DNA from: Narcine bancroftii
Lineage: Eukaryota
Direction of reading: 5' to 3'
NCBI RefSeq assembly: GCF_036971445.1
Contig: NC_091471.1
Span: 368,652,001 to 368,716,000, forward strand
Length of the DNA stretch: 64,000 nucleotides
A model generated the notes under the pieces. It worked only from the letters and a program-made list of their open reading frames with translations, had not been told where the DNA came from and did no database searches. The position numbers and the translations under genes were made by a program. Below, in pieces: positions 1 to 10,573 of this stretch (the stretch's first letter is position 1; every line of letters starts with the position of its first letter).

Positions 1-540
1 GACTGATGTCAGCCCACTTGTTTAACCTATGTACCTTTGTAATCTCCTCGTGTCTTCATTCCTGCTTACTTTCCTAGCACCAGGAAAGGTGCTAGACTTC
101 CGGTATCTTCATCTTTCTATAAATTGAAAGGAAGTTAATGTCCTATCACTGATCCTTCTGACCCATTGCCAACCAGAAAATGACTCATTTATGCCTTCTC
201 TTTCTTGTCGACTACACCATATGTGTTGCCTCTTACATCATTAACTTTTATTTTCCACAATAACCATTTATGCACTACATCATCAGACCCCTTGTAAAGT
301 CAAAGTCTAGAATACTCACTGATTCCTTTTTATCCACATTGCATTATTGCTTTAAAGAACTCTAGTAAATTGGTTAAATATGATTTTCCTTTCACAGAAT
401 CATGTTGACTTTGCCTGAAATTTGTGTTGTGTTATACCATGTTCAATAATAGGTTCTAACAACTTCCCAATGACAGATTCTTTTCTAACTTCTCTGAATG
501 CTTTGGTGTCTTCCTCCTTTTTTGAATCCGGAAGTTATAG
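1..540 (-). mobile_element. Old degraded CR1-type LINE RT fragment
   Basis: Minus-strand similarity to the CR1 RT region seen in better-preserved copies in this window (e.g. 18150-18450). Confidence 0.55.
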
Positions 541-545
541 CTATT

Positions 546-700
546 AAACCCAACACCCAACCCCAGCCCACCAATTTTCCCCTGCAACCGTGTCTGCCTG
601 TCCCGCATCGGACTTGTCAGCCACAAACGAGCCTGCAGCTGACGTGGATATTTACCCCTCCATAAATCTTCGTCCGCGAAGCCAAGCCAAAGAAGAAAGA
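546..700 (+). mobile_element. RTE-clade LINE, extreme 3' fragment
   Basis: Near-identical to the 3' ends of 7909-8437 and 25541-26680 (...VCLSRIGLVSHKRACS*, tail GAAGCCAAGCCAAAGAAGAAAGA). Confidence 0.92.
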
Positions 701-859
701 TGATCTTCCTCAAACCTCAGGGATTTGGACATGGATAATTGACCCATGAATAAAAAATTGGTGTGATAAAGAATTAGACTACAATATCAATGTGGTCAAT
801 GTGTATGGTGGCCTTAAAACAACCATAAAATGACCATTAATTAATATAAAAATAACCTG

Positions 860-1540
860 TGCTATGAAAAATGTAAACTTTCCTGATATGATGCAGCAAT
901 AAATGTTGCACTTTTATTAAGGGCGCTGGAACAAAGAAGGTAAATATGCACAGATCTCTGAAAGAGGCTGAAGACTCGCAATGTTGAAAGGACAGCTTGG
1001 AATTCTTTGCATTATTAATAGAGTAGACAAGACATTTATATTAAATCAGTGCATTATCCCCAGCTGGTGAATTTTATCCAATTTTAGGCACCATTCTTGA
1101 CATGATGCCATAGTCCTAGGAGGGGCTCAGAGGGGAAATCACGAGAATGATTGCAGAATGATGACAATTACATGTAGTGGCTGGACGATTGGGTGGTTTT
1201 TCTCCTTCAAGCTTAAGGGGATATTTTGAAAGAAAAAGCAAGCAGAATTTGGCTCCATCAGGTGAAAAAAAAAATCAGCTAAATCAGTTACTACAGATTT
1301 AAGAATCACAGTCTAACAAAGGTGAAATTTTTTTGGTGGAGTTGTTATGGTTAAGAATGCATACCTAGAAAAGCAAAGAAGTTTGTTCAGTAATACATTT
1401 CAAAAGGAATTGAATAAAATCGTGAAAGTGAAAATTGGAAGGTCCTTGAGGAAATAAAACAGTAGTGTTATTTCAAACTCTTTCAAAAAGAGCCGCCACA
1501 GGTATAATAAAGGAATGACTTCCTTCTGTACTGCATCAAT
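860..1540 (+). mobile_element. Old degraded CR1 3' portion
   Basis: Decayed versions of CR1 ORF2 C-terminal motifs and a 3' UTR-like end. Confidence 0.5.
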
Positions 1541-1574
1541 CTTTTATAATAATTCTTTAATAATACATGCACAG

Positions 1575-1685
1575 AACACAGCTTGAAGCAGACAGGCGTC
1601 AAAACATGGTGGATGATTTGTTAACAAGACAACGACAACTTCAAACATCCTTCAAGAAAGATGGTACTGAGCCTGAAGTTATGAG
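1575..1685 (+). CDS. STX8: Syntaxin-8 internal coding exon (equivalent of human exon 4)
   Basis: acag|A ACA CAG...ATG AG|gtacgt, 111 nt. Encodes TQLEADRRQNMVDDLLTRQRQLQTSFKKDGTEPEVM(R), matching recalled human TQLEGDRRQNLLDDLVTRERLLLASFKNEGAEPDLIR. Confidence 0.96.
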
Positions 1686-1716
1686 GTACGTTTTGAATTA
1701 AATGTAAAGTTTAAAA

Positions 1717-2584
1717 TGGGGTGGGGGGGGGGTGGAAGCAACCTTTTACTATGCGTGGGCCGGATGGTGTATCAGTTGAAAGGCAGGCTGCACTGATGCT
1801 AGAAGACCTTTGCATTAACTTTGGATTTCAACTGATCGCTGCCCTGAATGTCAATAAATTCCATTTGAAAATTTTCTGGTACAGTTTCTGCATCCACACT
1901 GTTGCAAACAGCTTGAAGTCACTTGCATCATGTGTCCTGTTTTTGTGAAGAGAACAGACTCTGGTAATTTTCAATGCTAGTATTTTGATACTATTAAGTG
2001 ACCACCACTAAATATGGCAGCCAATCAGAACCTTAGCGTGGCTACTGGAAATTCATAACAAGTGGCACCTGTGAAAAGGCTCTCGGCTCCTTTCACCAAG
2101 CCTGGCTCAAAGAAAATTAATTGGAGAAGGAGTTTATCAACTGCAAACACAATGATAAGATATCAAGGTTTACTCTTCTGCAGAACACTTGCGGTTGAAT
2201 TAACCTCCTCAGCCCAGAATGATTCCTGCGACATTGACCAGTTGTGGCCTGCTGACCCAGGGTAGCTCTGACTGCACCCACCAGTAAACCTGTGGGATCC
2301 AGACACCAGCTTCACTCGTTAGCCTACTGGCACCCCGGCCCTTGTCCTGCCAGCCTGATGTGGTCAGTGCCCGTTACCTGCGATCTGAATGAGTACGTTC
2401 AAAAGTCAACGGTTGCCAGTTCGAAATTGGATACCACTGCCCGCTTGGCACGCCAATGCTTGATTGTCCCACAATACACTGCAGAACAGTAGCTGAACCA
2501 ACCACTTTCGCACAAGCTGCCAATGTTGAGTGTTGCTTTGTGAGCCAGATAAATTTGGATCAGGCCATAGGTTGCCCACCCCTG
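1717..2584. mobile_element. Non-autonomous hAT (Charlie-like) DNA transposon
   Basis: Right end AGGTTGCCCACCCCTG is the reverse complement of CAGGGGTGGGCAACCT. The left end is degenerate (G-run...GCAACCT). Identical 8-bp flanks GTTTAAAA with central TA at 1709-1716 and 2585-2592. Confidence 0.75.
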
Positions 2585-2784
2585 GTTTAAAATGCGTACA
2601 TGGTTTCCAAATGAGGTATGATTTGCATTAAATGTAAAGTCCCTATCTGAGTTTATTCAATTTCCCCTTTGTCCCCTGTTACTGTAGCTTCCTCTGACCA
2701 CTCGCTCCATTTATGCACTAGTGCAACAAGGTGGTTCACACCTTCAGGGGGCTTTAGGAATAGGTCATGTAAATTGTGTCTTTG

Positions 2785-3845
2785 AACCATAGAACACTAC
2801 AGCGCAGAAAACAGGCCATTCAGCCCTTCTAACCTGTGCTGAAACATAATTCTGTTAGTCCCATTAACCTTCACCCATTCCATACCTCTCCAGACCGCTC
2901 CCATCCATGTATCTATCCAATTTATTCATAAAACTTAAAAGTGAGTCTGCATTAACCACATCAGTTGGCAGCTCATTCCACACTCCCACCACTCTCTGAG
3001 TGAAAAAGTTCCCCCTAAACCTTTCCCCTTTTACCTTAAAGCCTTGTCCTCTTGTATTTATCTCTCCTAATCTAAATGGAAAGAGCCTTCTCATATTTAC
3101 TCTGTCTATACCCCTCATAATTTTGTAAATCTCTATCTAATTTTCCCTCATTCTCCTATGCTCCAAGGAATAAAGTCCTAACCTGTTTAATTTTTTTCCT
3201 GTAACTCAACTCCTGAAGACCTGGCAACATCCTGGTAAATCTTCTCTGTACTCTTTCGATAAATTTGGCCTCACCAATGTCTTACACAACCTTATCATAA
3301 CATTCCAGTTCCTATACTCAATACTTTGATTTATAAAGGCCAAGATGCCAAAAGCTTTCTTCACCTGCTTACCTGTGACACCACTTTCAGGGAATTATGA
3401 ATCTGTATTCCAAGATCCCTTTGCCTCTCCTCACTCCTCAGTGTCCTACTATGTACGGTGTATCTCCTACCTTGTTTTGTCCTTCCAAAATACAAAGCCT
3501 CATTAAATTCCTTATGCTATTTTCTGGCCCATTTTTTCAGTTGGTCCAGAGCCCTCTGCAAGCTTTGAAAGCCTTCCTCGTTGCCCACAATGCCTGCAAT
3601 CTTAGTATCATTGGAAAACCTGCTGATCCAATTTACCACGTTATCATCCAGATCAAGGATATAGACAACAAACAACAATGGTCCCAGCACGATTCCTGAG
3701 GCACACCACTAGTCACAGGCCTCCAGTCTGAGAAGCAACTGTCCACTTCTACCCTCTGTTTTCTCCCACACAGCCAATTTTAAATCCAGTTTACAACTTC
3801 TTCATGGAAACCTTCTGAACTAACCTCCCATGTGGGACCTTGTCT
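2785..3845 (-). mobile_element. CR1 LINE 3' fragment
   Basis: ORF 2864-3118(-) MRGIDRVN...NFFTQRVVGVWNELP...LDRYM is the CR1 ORF2 C-terminus. FDKVPHGRL-like RT motif near 3830. Confidence 0.92.
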
Positions 3846-6800
3846 TGAAAAAATGTCAAAGTCAATTGGAGATGACCTAATTCTTTGTGATCAAGACTTT
3901 TGAAGAGAGGAGAATTTGGGGAAATTTCATCAGGACAGTTTGCATCCAGAGCTGGACTCCCCTCATAAGAATCACTGTCTGTCCCATTCATTTGTTCACA
4001 TACACCATTCCCATCACTACTTCCTCTCATCAAGTTCTTGTCTCAGGGAACTGTTACTGGTTTGCTAATGTAATAAACATAAATTCCATAAACATAGCTC
4101 AAATTATAGTTTGATAGTTTATATTATTTCAAAATGTAATTGAAAACATTTCTGTAAATCCCAAATATTGTTTTATTTTTCTTAGAATTGGAACATTTTA
4201 ACTGAAATTGAAGCCACACATAAGGGATGGGCCCATATTCAAGATAAATATTGGCCTGTCACAATAAACACATTTCAAACCCATCTAACTCTCATTAAGT
4301 ACTCTTCATTCCATGCTTTAAACAAGACGTATTATCTCAATCAAAAATTTCTTTTAAAAATATTGTGCATATTTAAATTATTTCCCTCCCTCATTTCTAG
4401 TATATCCACCATAAAATATGATGAATTATATAACCTGCGTTTGATGAATGCCCAATGAGATATGAGGAAATTAACCATTCTCGTAACATTTTGATGTTAA
4501 CAAATGTTGTTGCTGTGGGAAGGAAAGCACGGAGGTATAAGTGGTTTCTGAACTGGGGTGGCTGGCTCGAGGGAGGAGGCAGCTTTGCTTTGTGTAGCTG
4601 TTTTGTCACATACAGGTATATACCAAGAAACTCTTTCCTCATTGATCTTTATGTTTGTTTCTCCTTTAAAATAGCAGGACTGAGTAGCATCTGAGTTCTT
4701 TCAACCCATCATTGAAAAGCATAGTGATAGTGGTATCTGAGTGAGTGGAATCTTTGTAACGTTTGTTATAATTATTACAGATTATATTTTATATAGAATG
4801 TTACTTATTTTTTTTCTTTGCTCTGCAAAGTGAATGAAACACCCTTGTTTTTAGATAGCCTATTGGTAATCAAATTCTCGCATATGACATAAAATGTAGT
4901 TTGGGTGGAGATTAAAACTTCTCTTCCCTACTTATGGACACTGATATTTTTTTCAAGATGATCACCTTCTTTGGTATCAAAGTGCTTTACCAGTCATGCA
5001 GTGTGAGTACATTTTCTAATTAGCCTGGAATTAGAGATGTCTGATATGGACTGGATTAACATTGTCCAAATTCACCCTTACCAACTAACAGTGAAGAAAT
5101 TTATCCTCTTTATCTGGGCTGGATTTGAACACATAACCCAAAGTGAAAGTTCTTTGTCTCACTGATCAGATTACTCAGACAATTGTTTTTATTGAGTTGG
5201 TTTCATGGTACATTAGTGAATTACTTATGTGGTCTAATCTTATTATACATGTGGCTTGATAGGGCACCCCTTCTAGTCTTCATTCAAGATTTAAAAAGAA
5301 TCAGTTAAAATCTTGTGTTTTGAAAAAAATATTTTCCTGAATATGCCTCAAATCAGTACATTCCAGTTTGTTGATTCAATATAGATTGTGATCATTTATT
5401 TGGATACTTGATCAAGAAGAGATTCAACTCCAGATTGTGTCTGAGTGACAATTTTAAACAGTAATTGCACTCATCTTGAAGTTAAAAATTTGCTCAGTGG
5501 TGAAAGGCACCGAGAGAAACAAAGGTATTTTTGGGTCATCCAGAGTGTATGCATCTGTACCATTTGTACTTGAATAGGATGAGCACATGGAAATTTGTCG
5601 TGTTATCCCATTAGTCAAATCCTTTATTCAATTCAGCAAAACTTGACATTAACTGCTATGAAAATCACCAATCCATAGATGATGTAAATTACTTGTCATT
5701 CACAATTTATTACAATTCTCTGAGAGTTCCTAAAATCTATTGCATGCTGTTGTTTATAGAAATAGCAGTTCAGATTCATTTTATGTAATGTGACCTTTAT
5801 GAAGAGTTCCATTTTGTAATTTTGTTAAATGTTGTCATTGAAATTAGGCACTTGTGAGCCAATCTTGTCTTTAACAAGTAAAGCAATAGTAAATTGTAAT
5901 GTGTGGCCTGTGTCAATAAGGGCTGTGGTTGAATTATCACAGACATGTGAAGTTGTTTTTCCCCTGGAAAGAATTTGCAGTAAAACAATAGTCCATGGAA
6001 GGTTGGCTCTTGGTTAATAAGCCACGATGCAGTTCTCTGATTCCATTTCTCTCATCTTTTCTATTTGAGCAAATCTCAAAGCCCTGTAATTAGTTAAAGC
6101 TGATCACAAAAAAAAATCAGAAATCATCCACACACTCCACTGCTCTGTGACCATTCTAAAGATTTAGGTGATTAACATGGCAAAAACAGTGGGAGGCTAA
6201 TTGGATAAGCTTTAATCTTTACACTGCTAAAGCAAAGCATAGTAAGATCAGAGAGGAAAAGGAAGTGGAATGCAGCCACAGTTACCAAACATGTCATAAG
6301 GATTACAGTTATCAGGTGATTATTGTGTTATGATTTTAGATGGATTTGTAACAGGTTGCTAGGGAAATGATGGTGATGCTTCTAATTGCCTCTGGTGATA
6401 GAAAATGCAGTCCTTAAAACTTGGAATTGACCGTGTTTTGACAATTGTGGCTTTGGCGAGATGTACTGGAATAAGAACCCAATGCAATATTTTGAATTGT
6501 CAAAGTTACTGCTGTATTGTTTCACACTCATTGTTAGGGTGTTTGGTTTTTTTTTCTTTCCTTGTTTTTAAATGCAAAAATACCAAGTGTAAAACTGTAG
6601 CACTAAAAAGTTACTGAATAGGCCTTGCGTTCAATCTTGCCAAGTCAGGGTGATTGCTTTAAAAATTATGCTTTTTCTCTTATTAATTGAACCATTAGAA
6701 TAAATTTGCAATGTTTTCCAAATGTTCCAATAGTATACCACTCATTAATTTAGTAAACGTGAGTTATTTAGAATTTTCTACTTTCGTCCCCTTTAGGTTT

Positions 6801-7706
6801 GGGTACAGTTAAAGTTTAAAATGTCATGCAAACAACAACATTTTTAATGAATTGGCCAAATTGTGAAGAATTTGAGATGACCTATTCAATAATATAAATT
6901 ATTCACTAAAAAAGGATGAGTTGACTGATAATTGGGGGGAAAATAATTCCCTTCCTCTTTCACTGAATCTCATTTTGCATTTGGCTGTTCAATTAGTCAA
7001 TGCATTTAACACCAATGAATAATTTTGTTGCTGTTTCAATTATGTACAGTATTTCTGTTGTTGTCTCTGCACAGTGGATCTATTGCCCAAAATCTAATCT
7101 GACTGTGTCACAGTCTCTCTTTCCTCCATCAAGATGTTCATTAAAAGCTTTTGATAATCTTCTCAAGCCTCTACTTTTGAAGCTTGATGTTTAGTTCTGT
7201 GCATTGGACATCTTCACTGTGTTAAATGAACTATTCAAATGTAAGTTGGTGTAAAGTTGGTTAATAATTTAGAAGGTAACCTTTTAAATTGAAATTGTTT
7301 CTTTCTAGCATATAGGTTTTCATACAACTTGTGTAAAATATATTTTTTGCCATTTTGCAGTTTCAGTTGTCATGGTGTTTGCATTCTGTTATAAAATTAA
7401 TGAATGCCATGCCAATTTAAAAGTTGCATGATTTCCTTTTTTAATTTTTAAAACATTCACAAACCACAGCTTATTCTATTTGTGTCTCTCTTTGTGGCTT
7501 TTCTTTCACCCCCTAATCTCTGAAAAAATGTTTATAACTTGAGCATTTCCAATGTAGAGTTTCACAAGTTTACTCCCATCTGTGATGGCCACCTGTATCC
7601 GATAGACATTGTTAGAAAATATAATTTTTACACTATATTTGATCAATCAATTACTTAGATTTAAATAATCAATGAGTCTTTTATTGGAATTTTATTTAAT
7701 TTTTAG

Positions 7707-7831
7707 GACAAGCCTTATGAGTTCAGATACAAAGACTGGTTTCAACAGTCCTTGGCTCATGGAGGAGTCAGAAGAAACAAAAGGGCTTGATTTTAATGAA
7801 ATAAAAGATCAACAACAGTGGATCATACAAG
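7707..7831 (+). CDS. STX8: Syntaxin-8 internal coding exon (equivalent of human exon 5)
   Basis: ttttag|G ACA AGC...CAA G|gtaaaa, 125 nt, phase-compatible with the previous exon. Encodes TSLMSSDTKTGFNSPWLMEESEETKGLDFNEIKDQQQWIIQ (human SSLMSEEAKRGAPNPWLFEEPEETRGLGFDEIRQQQQKIIQ). Confidence 0.96.
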
Positions 7832-7908
7832 GTAAAACATAGTTAGGAAGTTTATAAATTCTCTTATTTTTGAAACCATTCTTTTTGGTCATCATTAATA
7901 CAAAAGGT

Positions 7909-8437
7909 CAACATTCATTGAAGCGACTTCATCCCTAACATCGAAGTACTCGAGATGGCAGAGGTCGACAGCATCGAATCCACGCTGCTGAAGATCCAAC
8001 TGCGCTGGGTAGGCCACGTCTCCAGAATGGAGGACCATCGCCTTCCCAAGATCGTGTTCTGTGGCGAGCTCTCCACTGGCCATCGTGTCAGAGGTGCACC
8101 AAAGAAGAGGTACAAGGACTGCCTAAAGAAATCTCTTGGTGCCTGCCCCATTGACCACCGCCAGTGGGCTGATATCGCCTCAAACCGTGCTTCTTGGCAC
8201 CTCACAGTTCGGCGGGCAGCAACCTCCTTTGAAGAAGACCGCAGAGCCCACCTCACTGACAAAAGACAAAGGAGGAAAAACCCAACACCCAACCCCAAAC
8301 AACCAATTATCCCCTGCAACCGCTGCAACCGTGTCTGCCTGTCCCGCATCGGACTTGTCAGCCACAAACGAGCCTGCAGCTGACGTGGACATTTACCCCT
8401 CCATAAATCTTCGTCCGCGAAGCCAAGCCAAATAAAG
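7909..8437 (+). mobile_element. 5'-truncated RTE-clade LINE with a 12-bp target-site duplication
   Basis: ORF 7955-8383 ...LRWVGHVSRMEDHRLPK...GRGAPKKRYKD-type...SHKRACS. AATACAAAAGGT flanks both sides (7897-7908 and 8438-8449). Confidence 0.95.
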
Positions 8438-9140
8438 AATACAAAAGGTATAAATAAGCAATAATATTAACTGAAAGATAGTCTGAATAAAGAGGATTTT
8501 GAAACCATGTGCTTTTAGTAAGGTATATCCAGAAATAATTTTTAAACCATTATGTAATCCTAAAAAATACAGTTAAATTTAGGAATTAAAAAAGACAAAT
8601 GGTCCAGGTCGATGAGTTCTGATTAGAAGTTAAATTATGATCTATCTCAGTCATGCAAGAAAATATTTATTTTTGTTTTGAGGTTTTTTCAAATTCTGTA
8701 CAAATATTTTTTTGTAATTTTGAAAATAATAAATTCATGATGAACAGTACAGGACGATTCTGCTTTCTGAAATCCTTTAACACATTGATCTCTCAAATTC
8801 AAGCTCAACATATTGTGATGCATTACGTTATAAACTCAGTATATTTTCTAACATTGGTTGTAAACTATAAATATGTCGTCACGGTCATGTGTTTTGAGGT
8901 GATGCGAGTTCAAATTCATTTTTTTAAGCTTGTCACTGCAAGATAATGCATGCACAGTTTGAATATTTCACTAAATATTTCTGTCCACTGGGCCAATTTA
9001 AGTTTTCATCTGATCTTGGTAAACTAATTACAATTGAAGCAAGCCATTTGGAAAATTAGTTTCCAGACTATTGAATTCATTTACAAAGAAAATGAGATTA
9101 TTTGTGATGAGCTTTTGCAGATCTAATGTATTCTGCTAAC

Positions 9141-9155
9141 TCACTAGGTGGCAGC
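9141..9155 (+). promoter_or_regulatory. Candidate CTCF site
   Basis: TCACTAGGTGGCAGC, one mismatch to the core CCACYAGGTGGCAG, in non-repeat DNA. Motif match only. Confidence 0.45.
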
Positions 9156-9269
9156 TGTTTGTCAAGAAACCAGAATCATTGCCCAAAATCTTACAAATTA
9201 CCTGGAGTGTGAAGGTACACGTGAAACTTAAGTGCTAATTATTGGAGAGCTTTCAGAGAGCTCAATCAT

Positions 9270-9510
9270 ATAAGGGGAAAGAATCAAAGGAGACTTAGAG
9301 GCAACTTTTTCACACGGGGATATGAAACAAGCTGCAAAGAAGGAGAAGAGGCAAATGCAATCACAGCATTTAAAAGACATTTAGGCTGGTACATTGATAG
9401 GAAAGGTTTAAAGGAATGTGTGCCAAACACAGGCAAAGGGGACAAGCTTGGTCAGCATCAAAAAATTGAGTTGAATGCCCTGTTTCCAGGCTGTATAATT
9501 TTATGATTCT
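9270..9510 (+). mobile_element. Short CR1 3' end fragment
   Basis: GDLRGNFF-like coding remnant and a CR1-like 3' tail (..tatgattctat). Confidence 0.7.
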
Positions 9511-10480
9511 ATAATTCTTACTGTAAAACTACAGCTAATTTCCAATTAGGAATTCAGTTTTGGCTTTAAATAGAGTTGAAAAATTTGCAATTAATTTTCA
9601 GCCAATTTAAATTTATAAAGTTTGAAGTCTTATTCATGCACACTGCAAAACAATACAGTATTAAAGTTTTAATGTTTTAAAGGAGCTGAATCTCTTTTCT
9701 CTCTTGAGTAATATTTTAAAAAATTGTTGCATTTGGCAGTTGGATTTTCGACAATTCTTGGCTTATAATGAAATGTGTAAGAATTTGGCTCATCTATGAC
9801 AGCAGAATCCTGGATGTTGGAAATATGCTATATCAAATCGATATGAAACAGGGTACACAAATTAGTTTTCTCCCTTACACATTGTTCAGATTTACATTGA
9901 TGTTCACACTAGCAGATGCAAAGCAGAATAGTTTTTTTTTCCCAGCAATGCATTTATTGTTGGCAATTAGTCCCGAAACAACCAAAATCTGCACAATGTC
10001 TTCCTAAACAGTGTGGGTCAAAACACTCTTGACATGAAGTACTTTAACAATTCTCTCACCCAGATCAAAAGAAACTTGATTAATAGTAACTTATTTTTCA
10101 GAGAGGTCTGTGACTAGTTTTTCAGCCATGTTGGGCAGGTATGTCATATGCTTTTGATAAATAATGTATATTAAAAAGGTCAGACTGTTTTTTTTTTTGC
10201 TTTGTATTTGCATTACTGGCTTTACATGCTGAACTTAACTGTTACATTTTGCTGACGGTGTAAGTTGTCTCGGAAAAGTTTCAGTTCTCCCTCAGGACTT
10301 TGGCGATTTGTCATATTTTATCAAAATTGGACTATACATAACTTTAATTGTGAAGTATATGGTGTTTATTACATTGGCAATCAAAAGAAGAGGGCATTTA
10401 ATAAGGGGAAAAAAAATGACATTTTCATTTCCTTGTTGCTTAATTCATTCATTTTTTTGTTATGCTGTTTTTAAATTCAG

Positions 10481-10573
10481 AGCAAGATGCAGGCCTGGAT
10501 ATTCTGGGATCGGTGATAGCCAGACAGAAACAAATGGGTCGAGAAATAGGAAATGAACTGGATGAACAAAATG
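10481..10573 (+). CDS. STX8: Syntaxin-8 internal coding exon (equivalent of human exon 6), N-half of the SNARE motif with the zero-layer Q
   Basis: ttcag|AG CAA GAT...AAT G|gtaagt, 93 nt. Encodes (E)QDAGLDILGSVIARQKQMGREIGNELDEQN (human EQDAGLDALSSIISRQKQMGQEIGNELDEQN). Confidence 0.97.

Noticed and set aside
10265-10556. ORF-track ORFs at or overlapping the STX8 exon
   Set aside because: They are upstream or out of frame. The real coding frame is set by the splice sites at 10481-10573.
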